Source of the DNA: a virus
Lineage: Duplodnaviria; Caudoviricetes
Direction: 5' to 3' (one strand)
Virus record (IMG/VR): IMGVR_UViG_3300021387_001464
Span: 1 to 64,000 of that record
Length of the DNA: 64,000 nucleotides
Positions 1-10,049 of the stretch are shown in pieces. The number at the start of each line of letters is the position of its first letter. Within the stretch, counting starts at the first letter, position 1. The notes under the pieces are model-generated. The model ran no database searches. It was not told the origin of the DNA and was given only the letters and a program-made list of their open reading frames with translations. The position numbers and the translations under genes were made by a program.

Positions 1-420
1 GACCGCCGCCACACTGCAGCAGCACCAGCTGCTCCGGTGGGGTGCAGAGTGGTGCGATATGCGGATGGGGTGCAGAGGGGTGCAGGGTGTGAGGGGTGCA
101 GCAGATCCACACACCGCCAAAGAGGATGCACCACCGCCAAAGAGGATGCACCACCGCCAAAGAGGATGCACCACCGCCAAAGAGGGGTGCAGAGGTGTGC
201 GGTTCTTCATCAGATTGCACCACCATACGAAACCACACCACCACACCACCACCGCCAAAGGATCAACACACATCACCACACACAGAACCACCACACACCG
301 CCAAAGAGGGTGCAGGGGTGTGCGGATTGGTGCAGCACATCCAAAGAGAGTGCAGAGGGGTGCAGCACATGAGAACCGCCAAAGAGGGTGCAGAGGTGTG
401 CGGATTCTCTCTCATGTATA
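1..420. repeat. Low-complexity repeat tract: 20-bp tandem AGAGGATGCACCACCGCCAA x3 (121-180) plus dispersed CCGCCAAAG and GGTGCAG motifs
   Basis: Exact 20-bp tandem at 121-180; the motifs recur throughout. The ORFs here are repeat translations. Confidence 0.85.
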
Positions 421-507
421 TATAAATAAGGTGTAAAGGGGTATTTTGTCAATAAATAAGAAAATTTTGCAGTTTTTTGAAGAAAAACGAAAAAAAGTTT
501 GGAAAAA

Positions 508-545
508 GTTTGTATAATTAAAATTATTGTTTTAATTTTGCATCC
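508..545 (+). promoter_or_regulatory. Bacteroidetes sigmaA-type promoter (TTTG ... TAATTTTG) for the early gene cluster
   Basis: TTTG followed by TAATTTTG-CA upstream of the first gene at 611. Confidence 0.6.
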
Positions 546-568
546 GAAAGATAGAAACAATTAAACAA

Positions 569-606
569 TAGAACCGAAACCCCAACGGGATATAATAGGG
601 GTGCAG
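569..606 (+). repeat. Repeat A (TAGAACCGAAACCCCAAYGGGATATAATAGGGGT); further copies at ~1106, 2024, 2645, 3367 and variants at ~6270, 8113
   Basis: Near-identical ~35-38 bp element lying a few nt upstream of start codons. Confidence 0.9.
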
Positions 607-610
607 TATT

Positions 611-1024
611 ATGAAACGTTTTAATTTTGCAGGGTTTGAGGTAGTAGTAAATGCAACCTTTAAAGAGAGTGTTTTTAATGTGTGGGGCGATAACATGACA
701 CATAATAAATTTGTGGTTACTATCCGCACAAATGCAGGAAATGCACGTTTTAACTTTTACGATTCATTCGCTAACTATCAGCAGGGGAAAACAGAACCCA
801 ATGAAGAGGATTTAAAAGGTATGTTAGAATGTTATCTTTCTGATGCATCATGTTATGATTGTAGCAGGGATTTTGTAGATTTCTGTAATGAATTGGGTTA
901 TTCCTCAATGAATGACTATCACAAAGCAAAGAAAGCATTTGAGGGATGCAGGAGACATTATGAGGGTGCAAAGCGTTTGTTCGGTGAAAAATGGTACGAT
1001 GTAGTAAACGCAATCAATGAATAA
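611..1024 (+). CDS. hypothetical phage early protein
   Basis: 137 aa ORF directly downstream of repeat A. Confidence 0.8.
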   Translation: MKRFNFAGFEVVVNATFKESVFNVWGDNMTHNKFVVTIRTNAGNARFNFYDSFANYQQGKTEPNEEDLKGMLECYLSDASCYDCSRDFVDFCNELGYSSMNDYHKAKKAFEGCRRHYEGAKRLFGEKWYDVVNAINE

Positions 1025-1085
1025 TAACAAAGGTTAGGGGTAAATATTGAACTTTGTGCGGATCGTAACCGCATACCCCTGCAAA
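1023..1085 (+). repeat. Repeat B, ~62-bp nested hairpin; second copy at ~1942-2003
   Basis: AGGGGTA...TGCGG-ATCGTAA-CCGCA-TACCCCT is identical in both copies. Confidence 0.9.
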
Positions 1086-1147
1086 GATGATATAACAAAC
1101 AGAATTAGAACCGAAACCCCAACGGGATATAATAGGGGTGCAGAACA

Positions 1148-1453
1148 ATGAAAGCAAATAATATTAAAAGTATTGATGTACTTACAAAGTGTTGGTTTGA
1201 CAAAGTAAACGGCAATACTTATTTTGCCCAAAAGATTACTATTAACAGAGGGAAAAAGAGTGAAGAAACCATCTTCAATCCTTTTCAGTACGGATATAGT
1301 AGCTACAATCACTTTGCCCTGCAATTTGTTAGAGATCATTACAACCTCAAAACCGATATAACAAAGTACGAATTTTATTCTAACATCTCTTTTAATAATG
1401 AGGTGATAAGAGGATGCAAGAAAAGAGATTTAACCCACATTTCAGAATATTAA
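1148..1453 (+). CDS. hypothetical protein
   Basis: ORF after repeat A. Confidence 0.75.
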   Translation: MKANNIKSIDVLTKCWFDKVNGNTYFAQKITINRGKKSEETIFNPFQYGYSSYNHFALQFVRDHYNLKTDITKYEFYSNISFNNEVIRGCKKRDLTHISEY

Positions 1454-2065
1454 ACAGAGTGCAGAGGGGTGCAGGGGGGTGTGCAATCTGATGCAGCACA
1501 CCCCACACCCAAAGAGAGAGAGAGAAGCAGAGTACAAAGAACAAATTAAAAGGTATTGAGTTATGAATAATCAAGAAATAAAACTTTTTGCGGTTAGTAT
1601 GTTAGTATGCGGTATTTTGACATCCTACACCACCACCACACCAATACAAGATGTGTGCGGAATAGTGAAAGAGGGTGCAGAGGTTTCAAATGTTACAATT
1701 AAAAGCATTTAGTGAGTTATGGCAAAATATTGTATAAATATAGGTATCTGTATTGTTGCGGATGTGCAGCAGGGTGCAGGGGTGCAGGATTTAATAAATG
1801 AGTATGTACGGCAATTTTCCAACAATGGCATGAAAACCGAATTAAAAGGGGTGCAGGGTGCAGAGGTTTGTGATTTGGGGTGTGAGTACACCAAAGAGGA
1901 ATAAAACCCACAGAACCCACAAAAACCGCCAAAAATGGCATAATAACAAAGGTTAGGGGTAAATATTGAACTTTGTGCGGATCGTAACCGCATACCCCTG
2001 CAAATTATCAGATATAAACAATTTAGAACCGAAACCCCAACGGGATATAATAGGGGTGCAGATGT

Positions 2066-2308
2066 ATGAGTATTAGAGAACAAATAGCAGATTGGTGCAA
2101 TCGTAAGGGTTTGCGATTTGTGGATAATATAGGGTACACTCTTTCAGTATGTGACAATATAGGCATTGTGCAGGGTATCAAAGTAAGAGAGTGCAGGAAA
2201 TACACCTATATTTATTTGCCAATGCCGACAAACACACCATACAAATACAGATACCAAATGAAGATAGAAAAGGGGTGTGCGTATCTGTTGCGGTATCTGT
2301 TCAAATAA
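2066..2308 (+). CDS. hypothetical protein
   Basis: ORF after repeat A. Confidence 0.65.
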   Translation: MSIREQIADWCNRKGLRFVDNIGYTLSVCDNIGIVQGIKVRECRKYTYIYLPMPTNTPYKYRYQMKIEKGCAYLLRYLFK

Positions 2309-2354
2309 TACCCTACATTATAGACATTATAGAATATCATAATATTTGCAGATT

Positions 2355-2612
2355 ATGAGAACAAAGAGAACTATATTAAATCGTATTGCTCAATTAGGCA
2401 ACATCGCAATGATTGAGTGTGAAATGATGAGAAAACGCAATCAGAGGGGTGTGATGCACCGCACAAACAAAGCAAAGCAAATCCTTTGGCAATATGAAAT
2501 AAATCTTTTCGGTGTGAGGGGTTGCGATCTTGCTTGTGGATTGCCTAAAGAGTGGGAAAATATACCTTTTTCATCTGATGAGTTCAAAGGGGTGCAGAAA
2601 CCTACATTATAG
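2355..2612 (+). CDS. hypothetical protein
   Basis: ORF after ATTATAG motifs; ATG at 2355 preferred. Confidence 0.6.
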   Translation: MRTKRTILNRIAQLGNIAMIECEMMRKRNQRGVMHRTNKAKQILWQYEINLFGVRGCDLACGLPKEWENIPFSSDEFKGVQKPTL

Positions 2613-2686
2613 ACATTATAGAATATCACAGAAATTACAGATTATAGAACCGAAACCCCAATGGGATATAATAGGGGTGCAGCATT

Positions 2687-3025
2687 ATGAAACGTTTTGA
2701 GAACTTTACAAAAGAGGATTTACAGAATTTGCGCAAAGAGATTGTTTTAAACTCTCTGTATGTATCAGATTATAACAATTCATTCGGTATCTCTGCAAAG
2801 AGTGTGTGCGATTTCTTTGATAGCTACATGGAATTTTTGAGTGAATTGGCATTTGAGGATAATTTCAAAATTGGCGATCCCTCAAAAGGTATGCACACTT
2901 ATGATGAGTTTTTCGAAAAATACGATACTATTGACAATTTGGAAAATTGGTACGGATGTTATGAGGATTTCTCATGGGTTGAGTATGAGGATGAGGATGA
3001 AGATAAGATGCAGGATGCAGCATAA
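2687..3025 (+). CDS. hypothetical acidic protein
   Basis: ORF after repeat A. Confidence 0.8.
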   Translation: MKRFENFTKEDLQNLRKEIVLNSLYVSDYNNSFGISAKSVCDFFDSYMEFLSELAFEDNFKIGDPSKGMHTYDEFFEKYDTIDNLENWYGCYEDFSWVEYEDEDEDKMQDAA

Positions 3026-3087
3026 CCGCATATTATAATGAGTGCAGGAAATTACAGATTATAGAACCGACAAAATATCACAGAATT

Positions 3088-3321
3088 ATGGCAAAGAATG
3101 GCATTAAATACACTCTGATGAGTTACAACCGATATACAGAGAAATTTTACAAAGTGAATAGTTTTCGTACCCTCAAAGCTGCAAAGCAATGGATGTGGGA
3201 TGAGGAATTGGATTGGTTGCATTTGGGTTATGTGGTGCAGGATTCAACCGCAACATCTTTGAGGATGCAGGACAATATGGGTAATATTGCAGCATACAGA
3301 ATTGAGAGGGGTGCAGCATAA
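3088..3321 (+). CDS. hypothetical protein
   Basis: ORF with CACAGAATT-ATG start context shared with its neighbours. Confidence 0.7.
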   Translation: MAKNGIKYTLMSYNRYTEKFYKVNSFRTLKAAKQWMWDEELDWLHLGYVVQDSTATSLRMQDNMGNIAAYRIERGAA

Positions 3322-3409
3322 CCGCATATTATAGACATTATAGAATATCACAGAAATTACAGATTATAGAACCGAAACCCCAATGGGATATAATAGGGGT
3401 ATCAGAATT

Positions 3410-5068
3410 ATGTTGTACATGAATAATGCGTTTAGCAATTACACAGAGTTTTCAAATCTGTTTGGTGTGAATGAGCATGGTAATGGTGAGAAATCACGGA
3501 GAAACAAAATCCTGCTATCTCTTTATAAGAGTAAGAACATATTGCACTATATGGCTACTCACTCACAGAAAGAGGAAAGTTACATCAATTACTACGGATG
3601 CAATGATATGACTACTCTTTATAGTAGTGTATTGGAATGGCTACAATCGGAAAGCAAACACAATGACGATGCACGAAACCGCATTATATTGAATGGTATT
3701 GATGTTTATAGTGTGCGATATGAATTAGACGATTTTGATGGTATCTGTGAGGATGGAGATACCCGATCAATCCGCTACATCAATACGGAGAGGGGTAGAG
3801 TGTTCAAAATGAGGGCAGGAAAGTTCTTGCGCAATCTGATTGAGGAAAACCCCAATCTTAATGCCACACTACCCGAACAGATTAAGATATGGGTATGTGA
3901 GGAATTTGCGGAGAGATGGAAAGCGTATGCAGCAGAACATATCACACATGATCAATATACATTATACGTCAATTCCAATTTTGAGGAAATTTACGATAGT
4001 GACAGATGTGCAGGGGATTTCGGCAGTTGTATGGTGGATGATGGTTATTGGACTTTTTACAGAGATAGTGTTTCGGCAAAAGCTGCGTATTTAGAGAATG
4101 AGGATGGCGATATTGTTGCACGTTGTATTATCTATACTGATGTTATAGATGGTGCAGGAAATCACTTGAGATTAGCAGAAAGACAATACGCAAGTGGTGG
4201 TGATGATAGTCTGAAACGTATGTTAGTAATGCGATTGATTGAGGGTAAGCATATTGATGGTTACAAGAAAGTGGGTGCAGATTGCCATTCTCCAAAAGCA
4301 TTTGTAGATATTCACGGAAATACACTACCCAATCTAAATCTCCATATAGACTGCGATTTATATCACTATGATGTAGTTTCGTATCAAGACAGTTTCAAGT
4401 TCTACGATGAGGATGAGCAGATTGCCTACAATAGCGGAGATTATGAGAACTTATCCGTAACCAATGGAGAGAGAGAGGACGATCATGAGCATGATTGTTG
4501 GAGTGAATGGAATGAAGAATATATCTATGAGGACGATGCGTACTATGTAGATACAAGAGATGATTATTTCTATGGCAGTCAAGTTGTAAGCGCAAATGTT
4601 TGGAATGGTAGCAGATATTATGAGGAAACCTGCTATGAGGGTGATTGCATTGAAATTGATGGTGAGTGGTACTATGCAGGAAATAATGCAGAAAGTCCCG
4701 AAGATAATGGTATTGTACAATGTGACAGATGTGGTGAGTATTTAGTTAAGGATAATGGATATTATAGCAATCTCACAGAGGAATGGTATTGCGATGAAAC
4801 TTGTCAAGAATTAGCAGAGGACGATTACAGAGAGGAAAACGATTGTAAGTATGACGATTACGATGGTGAGTGGTACGATTGCGCATACTATACCTTTGTT
4901 AGAGTTCTGTTTTGGGATTACGCTACTCACAGACGTATCAATGGACTTACAAGACGTAGTAATTTGCGTATGAGTAACTTTGTGAACTACAAAGGTAATT
5001 GGTATTGCAATAACATTGATAGAGATAAGAGAATGCCCAATGAAAAGGTATCAAAGGATGCAGAATAA
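3410..5068 (+). CDS. large phage protein with GSCM / ARCIIY motifs and an acidic Cys/Tyr-rich C-terminus
   Basis: Long ORF; start moved to 3410, just after repeat A; adjacent to the peptidase. Confidence 0.8.
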   Translation: MLYMNNAFSNYTEFSNLFGVNEHGNGEKSRRNKILLSLYKSKNILHYMATHSQKEESYINYYGCNDMTTLYSSVLEWLQSESKHNDDARNRIILNGIDVYSVRYELDDFDGICEDGDTRSIRYINTERGRVFKMRAGKFLRNLIEENPNLNATLPEQIKIWVCEEFAERWKAYAAEHITHDQYTLYVNSNFEEIYDSDRCAGDFGSCMVDDGYWTFYRDSVSAKAAYLENEDGDIVARCIIYTDVIDGAGNHLRLAERQYASGGDDSLKRMLVMRLIEGKHIDGYKKVGADCHSPKAFVDIHGNTLPNLNLHIDCDLYHYDVVSYQDSFKFYDEDEQIAYNSGDYENLSVTNGEREDDHEHDCWSEWNEEYIYEDDAYYVDTRDDYFYGSQVVSANVWNGSRYYEETCYEGDCIEIDGEWYYAGNNAESPEDNGIVQCDRCGEYLVKDNGYYSNLTEEWYCDETCQELAEDDYREENDCKYDDYDGEWYDCAYYTFVRVLFWDYATHRRINGLTRRSNLRMSNFVNYKGNWYCNNIDRDKRMPNEKVSKDAE

Positions 5069-5129
5069 TACCCATATCAGAGAGAGATACATTATAGACA
5101 TTATTGACAATTAGAAATATCACAGAATT

Positions 5130-6218
5130 ATGAATAAGACATTATTATATACATTGTACGCTATCCATTCAATGAGTGGTAATGAGAAAAAGATGCGTAA
5201 GTATCTGAAAAAGGTTGCAAAGGATTGCGGTGCAACAGAGATAGTGCAGGATGCAGCAGGAAACCTACTCATAACAAAGGGTAAGAGTGAAACCTATCCG
5301 TGTATGGCTGCGCACATGGATCAAGTGCAACAATTCCACTCAAAGGATTTTCAGATAGTAGAGGTGATGGGTGATGTAATGGGTTACTCACCAAAGAACC
5401 ACAAGCAGCAGGGATTGGGTGCAGACGATAAGAATGGTATCTATATCTGTTTGGAAATGCTGCGTAAGTATGATGCAATCAAAGTTGCTTTCTTTGTAGG
5501 TGAGGAATGCGGTTGTATTGGCAGTAGCAGGGTAGATTTGCAGTTCTTTTCCGATTGCCGATACATTATAGAACCCGATAGAAAAGGTAAGAGTGATTTA
5601 ATCACCTCAATGTATTGCGGTGATGTGTGCAGTAAAGAGTTTATAGATGCAATCGGTTACAAAGAGTTTGGTTATAAGATTGATCATGGCAGTATTACGG
5701 ATGTGGGTACTCTCACAGAGAGGGGTGTAGGTATCTCATGCCTAAATCTTTCCTGCGGTTACTACGATGCGCACACCGATCACGAAATCTGTGTTATAGC
5801 AGAATTGGAAAATTGCATGAATTTCGTATCTCACATTATAGATACCCTCACAGATGTGTACCCCTTTGATGGTGCAGGATATGACGATTACGGATTTGGC
5901 AGTTATGGCAGATATGGCAGATGTGGCAGATTTGGTGGTTTTCGTGATGAGTGGGAAGAATATTACTCTGATGGGTACTACGATGAGGACTACGACATAA
6001 TGAGCAACTATCTCAATCAGAACCCCTCACTCTCTTTTGAGATTATCAAAGATTGTATGAGTGATTTTCATGCTTCATACGTTTTCCGCAAAAAGGATGA
6101 TGCAGAGAGTGAGTTGTCGGAAATGTATCACGATATACAAGATACGTTGAGAAAGTACAATCACGATAAGGATGCAGATGCAGACGATTTGGCAGGGGAA
6201 ATAGTAGCCATTGGATAA
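5130..6218 (+). CDS. M28/M42-like Zn metallopeptidase
   Basis: AHMD, LGADDKNG, GEECG and HT metal-ligand motifs. Confidence 0.85.
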   Translation: MNKTLLYTLYAIHSMSGNEKKMRKYLKKVAKDCGATEIVQDAAGNLLITKGKSETYPCMAAHMDQVQQFHSKDFQIVEVMGDVMGYSPKNHKQQGLGADDKNGIYICLEMLRKYDAIKVAFFVGEECGCIGSSRVDLQFFSDCRYIIEPDRKGKSDLITSMYCGDVCSKEFIDAIGYKEFGYKIDHGSITDVGTLTERGVGISCLNLSCGYYDAHTDHEICVIAELENCMNFVSHIIDTLTDVYPFDGAGYDDYGFGSYGRYGRCGRFGGFRDEWEEYYSDGYYDEDYDIMSNYLNQNPSLSFEIIKDCMSDFHASYVFRKKDDAESELSEMYHDIQDTLRKYNHDKDADADDLAGEIVAIG

Positions 6219-6313
6219 TTATAGGGTAAGTGAGAAATTAAGCGATTACAGACGATTACAGATAGGAATTAGAACCGATCCCACAATGTGTATATAAGAG
6301 TGGGTTTATAAAT

Positions 6314-6586
6314 ATGAAGAAAAACGATATTTACAGAGAGTTTCAGTCTATTGCCAAAGAGGTAGTAGGTGAGAACCGCAAAGCTCAAAAGTATTATGTG
6401 ATGCAGATGTGTGAGATGTTGGGTAAGGTAGATCACAAGAAACCCTTTGTGATGTGGTGCAGCAGGAAAAGATGTTTGGTGTATCAGAGTGGGATGCAGC
6501 AGAAACCGAAACCGCAATCACAAACGAATGGTGCATACTACCTTTTCCGCAATAACTCACAGAGTGCAGAGAGAGTGTGTTTCTGA
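6314..6586 (+). CDS. hypothetical protein
   Basis: ORF after a repeat A variant. Confidence 0.65.
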   Translation: MKKNDIYREFQSIAKEVVGENRKAQKYYVMQMCEMLGKVDHKKPFVMWCSRKRCLVYQSGMQQKPKPQSQTNGAYYLFRNNSQSAERVCF

Positions 6587-6654
6587 TTGAACATTGAACA
6601 TTGAGCATTGAACATTGAACATTATTTATAGAACCAATAAATTATCACAGAATT

Positions 6655-7161
6655 ATGGAAAAGTATTTTGAAACATACAATGGCATTGAGTACCCAATCA
6701 GAGAGGTGGATTTGTCACCGATTCTTGATGGTTATGGTATGGAGAGGATAGCAGATAGCAATCTCTCAAAGGTATTGGCAGAGAGTACAGAGGATTACTC
6801 AATAGAGGATGCGGATGCAACCGCATTGGATAACTCTATCTATTGCTATTTGGATAGTGGGATGATAGAGAGTGATCCTACTGATGCGGAAATCCTTTTG
6901 GCAATTATCCGACAAGAGGGTGAAGAACAAACCGATCAACAATGGTACAATCTGATGCGGATTGCAGGATTGGAGATTGCACAGATGCACGAAAGAGGTG
7001 AGATCAACATGAATTGTGAGGGGTACGAATGTGATGGTAGATATTCGGTGTATGCTTACAATGGCAAATGCAATCACTCTCTGTATGAGGGTAAGAGTGC
7101 AAAGCAGGCTGCAATAACAATGGTGAATGTACTAACCACTATCCGGCTGATGCAGATGTAG
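6655..7161 (+). CDS. hypothetical protein
   Basis: 168 aa ORF, co-oriented. Confidence 0.8.
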   Translation: MEKYFETYNGIEYPIREVDLSPILDGYGMERIADSNLSKVLAESTEDYSIEDADATALDNSIYCYLDSGMIESDPTDAEILLAIIRQEGEEQTDQQWYNLMRIAGLEIAQMHERGEINMNCEGYECDGRYSVYAYNGKCNHSLYEGKSAKQAAITMVNVLTTIRLMQM

Positions 7162-7233
7162 TGTATCATTATAGATATTATAGGATATTAGAGATATTAG
7201 TAACAATTAAAAAGAATAGAAAGGAAACGAATT

Positions 7234-8070
7234 ATGGCAAAACAGATAGGTAAGTACGATGCAGATTTCCAAATCACAATGGCAGGATGGAATGAACCAA
7301 TCTACATTGAGTATGAGGGTGCATTGAGGGCAATGATGTTTGAGAAACTTGAGGTAACTCTGAAGAATGTAGAATCATTCAGAGATAAGGGTATCAACTT
7401 TGTCTATCATGCAAAGATTGCAGGAGTTGGCAGGGTGCAGTTTGATTCAAATGATTGGAAAACCTTTAGAAAGGATTTTTGGCTTACCCCAAACGATTTC
7501 GGTAACAGAGAGGAATGCTGCAAAGCTCACAAGATTTTGGGTGAGTTTCCGTTTATGACATGGTTGGCAGATTGCTTTGGTATGACAGAGGATGAGGTTG
7601 GCAAACGTGCGGTAAAGAGTTTGTACCAATGTGATGTGGTTAGTCTGTATCGGTATGTTTGGGATGGTGTGAAAGCAAATGCGGTTGCTTGTGAGATACC
7701 CAATAAGGTGTACTTTGAGATCAAGAGAGGTTGGTACTTTGCAGAACCCTGCAATTTCCCTACTGATAGTTTCGCAAGCAAAGAGGAATGTGAGAATGCC
7801 AACAGAGTGAGGGTAGTAGAGTTTGCTGATGATGATGCAGCCGGTGATGATGCAGAGGTGGAAAAGGTATTGCGCAAACAGATACGCAATGAGGTGATGC
7901 AGAGTTTCTGTACGCTGATGTGTGCATCCGACATTGAGAGTATGAATATGGCAATGGTGGATGCGGTGGTGCAGGATGTTAAGGAATGCAGCGATTACCC
8001 ACACTACAATGATTCTGATGTGCGTATTGCCATTCAGAGGGTAATTCTTAACAGAGTGATTGGTGAGTAA
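7234..8070 (+). CDS. hypothetical protein
   Basis: 278 aa ORF. Confidence 0.8.
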   Translation: MAKQIGKYDADFQITMAGWNEPIYIEYEGALRAMMFEKLEVTLKNVESFRDKGINFVYHAKIAGVGRVQFDSNDWKTFRKDFWLTPNDFGNREECCKAHKILGEFPFMTWLADCFGMTEDEVGKRAVKSLYQCDVVSLYRYVWDGVKANAVACEIPNKVYFEIKRGWYFAEPCNFPTDSFASKEECENANRVRVVEFADDDAAGDDAEVEKVLRKQIRNEVMQSFCTLMCASDIESMNMAMVDAVVQDVKECSDYPHYNDSDVRIAIQRVILNRVIGE

Positions 8071-8152
8071 CTACATTATAGACATATTATAGAATTAGTA
8101 ATAAATCACAATTAGAACCGATACCACAATGTGATAAGAGTGGATAAGAGAA

Positions 8153-8878
8153 ATGAATAAGAGTGTTGAAAATCAGATTATGGATTTGCGTACAGAGGTG
8201 GTGAATGACATTATCAACGAATTGCGCAATAGTGGTAGAGCAGGATGTGAGTTTGGCGACATGATGATTACCAATAAGTATGATGTTGGCAGATGTTTCC
8301 CCGTTATGTATCTGAAGATGGTACGATTGGTTAAGAGTGGTGAATTGGTAGCAGATGTTGAGTGTGATGGTGGTGACGAAACTACTCTCTCTCAAACAGA
8401 GATTACCCACAATCTGATGACTGATTGTCTGAATGACATCTACAAAGAGGTAAGACGGATTATTGGCACCCGACTAAAGCAATTAGAGGAATTGCGCACA
8501 ATAGTACGCAACAATGGCGGTGTGATCAACTTTGATGGCAACTTTACTTTCTGTGGTTATGATGCGAGTGAGGAAATGTATGAGTGTGAGAACACAAGAC
8601 TGATGGGATTGTCTCTCAATGAGAATGGCGAATTGCTGATTGATGATATTTGGGATGGCGATGAGTACACCAATAGTGAGAGGTTCTTCAGAGATACAGA
8701 GCTTGACCGCATTATAGAGTATGTGAGAAATCAGTCTGTGCGCAAGTTTGAGATCAAGGTGGTTGCAAGCAGAGTGATTGAGGTGCAGGCTGCATCGTAT
8801 GAGGATGCGGTGAAGTTGGCAAAGCAAGAGTTGGCAGACAGTCCCCTCACCGATGCAGACATTGATTGTTGGATGTAA
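8153..8878 (+). CDS. hypothetical protein
   Basis: 241 aa ORF after a repeat A variant. Confidence 0.8.
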   Translation: MNKSVENQIMDLRTEVVNDIINELRNSGRAGCEFGDMMITNKYDVGRCFPVMYLKMVRLVKSGELVADVECDGGDETTLSQTEITHNLMTDCLNDIYKEVRRIIGTRLKQLEELRTIVRNNGGVINFDGNFTFCGYDASEEMYECENTRLMGLSLNENGELLIDDIWDGDEYTNSERFFRDTELDRIIEYVRNQSVRKFEIKVVASRVIEVQAASYEDAVKLAKQELADSPLTDADIDCWM

Positions 8879-8942
8879 GAACCCCTACATTATAGATATT
8901 ATAGGAAATCAGAGTAATAACAATTTAATTCAGAATAAGATT

Positions 8943-9143
8943 ATGGCACAGAACAATATGCAATCAGACGAGTTGGTAATCACTATCCGCATTACATTTG
9001 AGCATGACGGAAGAATGAGTGATCGGGATGAACGTAATGAGTATGTGGCTGCAAAGGTGATTGGCGATGCACTATCGCACACCCACACCATTGAGAACGG
9101 CATACAGATACATGACATCGAGAATTGTGGTGAGAATTGGTAA
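8943..9143 (+). CDS. hypothetical protein
   Basis: ATG at 8943 after an AT-rich leader. Confidence 0.65.
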   Translation: MAQNNMQSDELVITIRITFEHDGRMSDRDERNEYVAAKVIGDALSHTHTIENGIQIHDIENCGENW

Positions 9144-9210
9144 TTCCAGGAATAACCCCATATTATAGACATTATAGAGTATTAACGAAATCAGAGAAAG
9201 GAAACAAGTT

Positions 9211-9984
9211 ATGATTATCAATATTGAGTTTACAACCGCAAGAGGTTACAAATATGAGACGATGCGCACAGAGTTTGACCGCAACTATCGGGATGAGGAG
9301 CAGGCATTGATCTTCATCGAAAGCGAAGAGGACGATTTCAATGGCTACTTTGAGGTGAACATCCGCAAGGACGAGCATGGCAAGGCTATCAGCGAGGGTT
9401 ATGTGTGCGAGTATGCAAGCACAGAGGATAGTGACCCACAAGCAATCTATGAGGATGCGAAGATTGAGGTCAAGCTGCATGACTTTGACGATGTGTTGGA
9501 GTTGGCTAATGCGGAACTGATGCAGGGTGGTTTGCAGATTGTGTTGGAGTACGATGGTGAGTGTTATTGGGCTATCGGTACAGAGATTAAGGCTACAAAG
9601 GAAATCAAGTGGTATGTATCGGCAGACTTTGAGAACGAGGTGCGAGGGCATATCTATGAGTGTTGGGCACACGCAAGGGCATTGGCTGATTCGCTGAAAG
9701 AGGGCAAGGCTGACGAGAAACCAAAGATGTACTGCGTGACTTATGTTGGTTTGTCGGATTCGGAGTACAAGGCTAATGGTTATTCAGAGGTTGCTCTGTA
9801 TGCTACAAAGGATGCAGCGAAAGCGAAACTGAAAGCATGGCGAGACAATGAGATTGCGGAACTGAAAGAGCAGGAACGTGACTATGAGATATTGGAAGAT
9901 GAGGACGATGAGTGCCGTATCAGTTGGTGCGGACATGGTGAGCAGGTGCGCATTGAGGTACACGAAGTGGAGTTGAACAAGTAA
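9211..9984 (+). CDS. hypothetical acidic protein
   Basis: 257 aa ORF. Confidence 0.8.
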   Translation: MIINIEFTTARGYKYETMRTEFDRNYRDEEQALIFIESEEDDFNGYFEVNIRKDEHGKAISEGYVCEYASTEDSDPQAIYEDAKIEVKLHDFDDVLELANAELMQGGLQIVLEYDGECYWAIGTEIKATKEIKWYVSADFENEVRGHIYECWAHARALADSLKEGKADEKPKMYCVTYVGLSDSEYKANGYSEVALYATKDAAKAKLKAWRDNEIAELKEQERDYEILEDEDDECRISWCGHGEQVRIEVHEVELNK

Positions 9985-10049
9985 ACCCCATTGTTATAGC
10001 GAGATTATAGAATTAGTAATAAATCAGAAAAATTATAGGAGATAAGATT

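Noticed and set aside
37-560. ORFs in all frames at the window start
   Set aside because: They are translations of the low-complexity repeat tract, with no credible start context.
569-3400. Repeat A or ATTATAG repeats as a CRISPR array
   Set aside because: The intervals are whole genes of 250-900 bp rather than uniform 30-40 bp spacers, and there are no cas genes.
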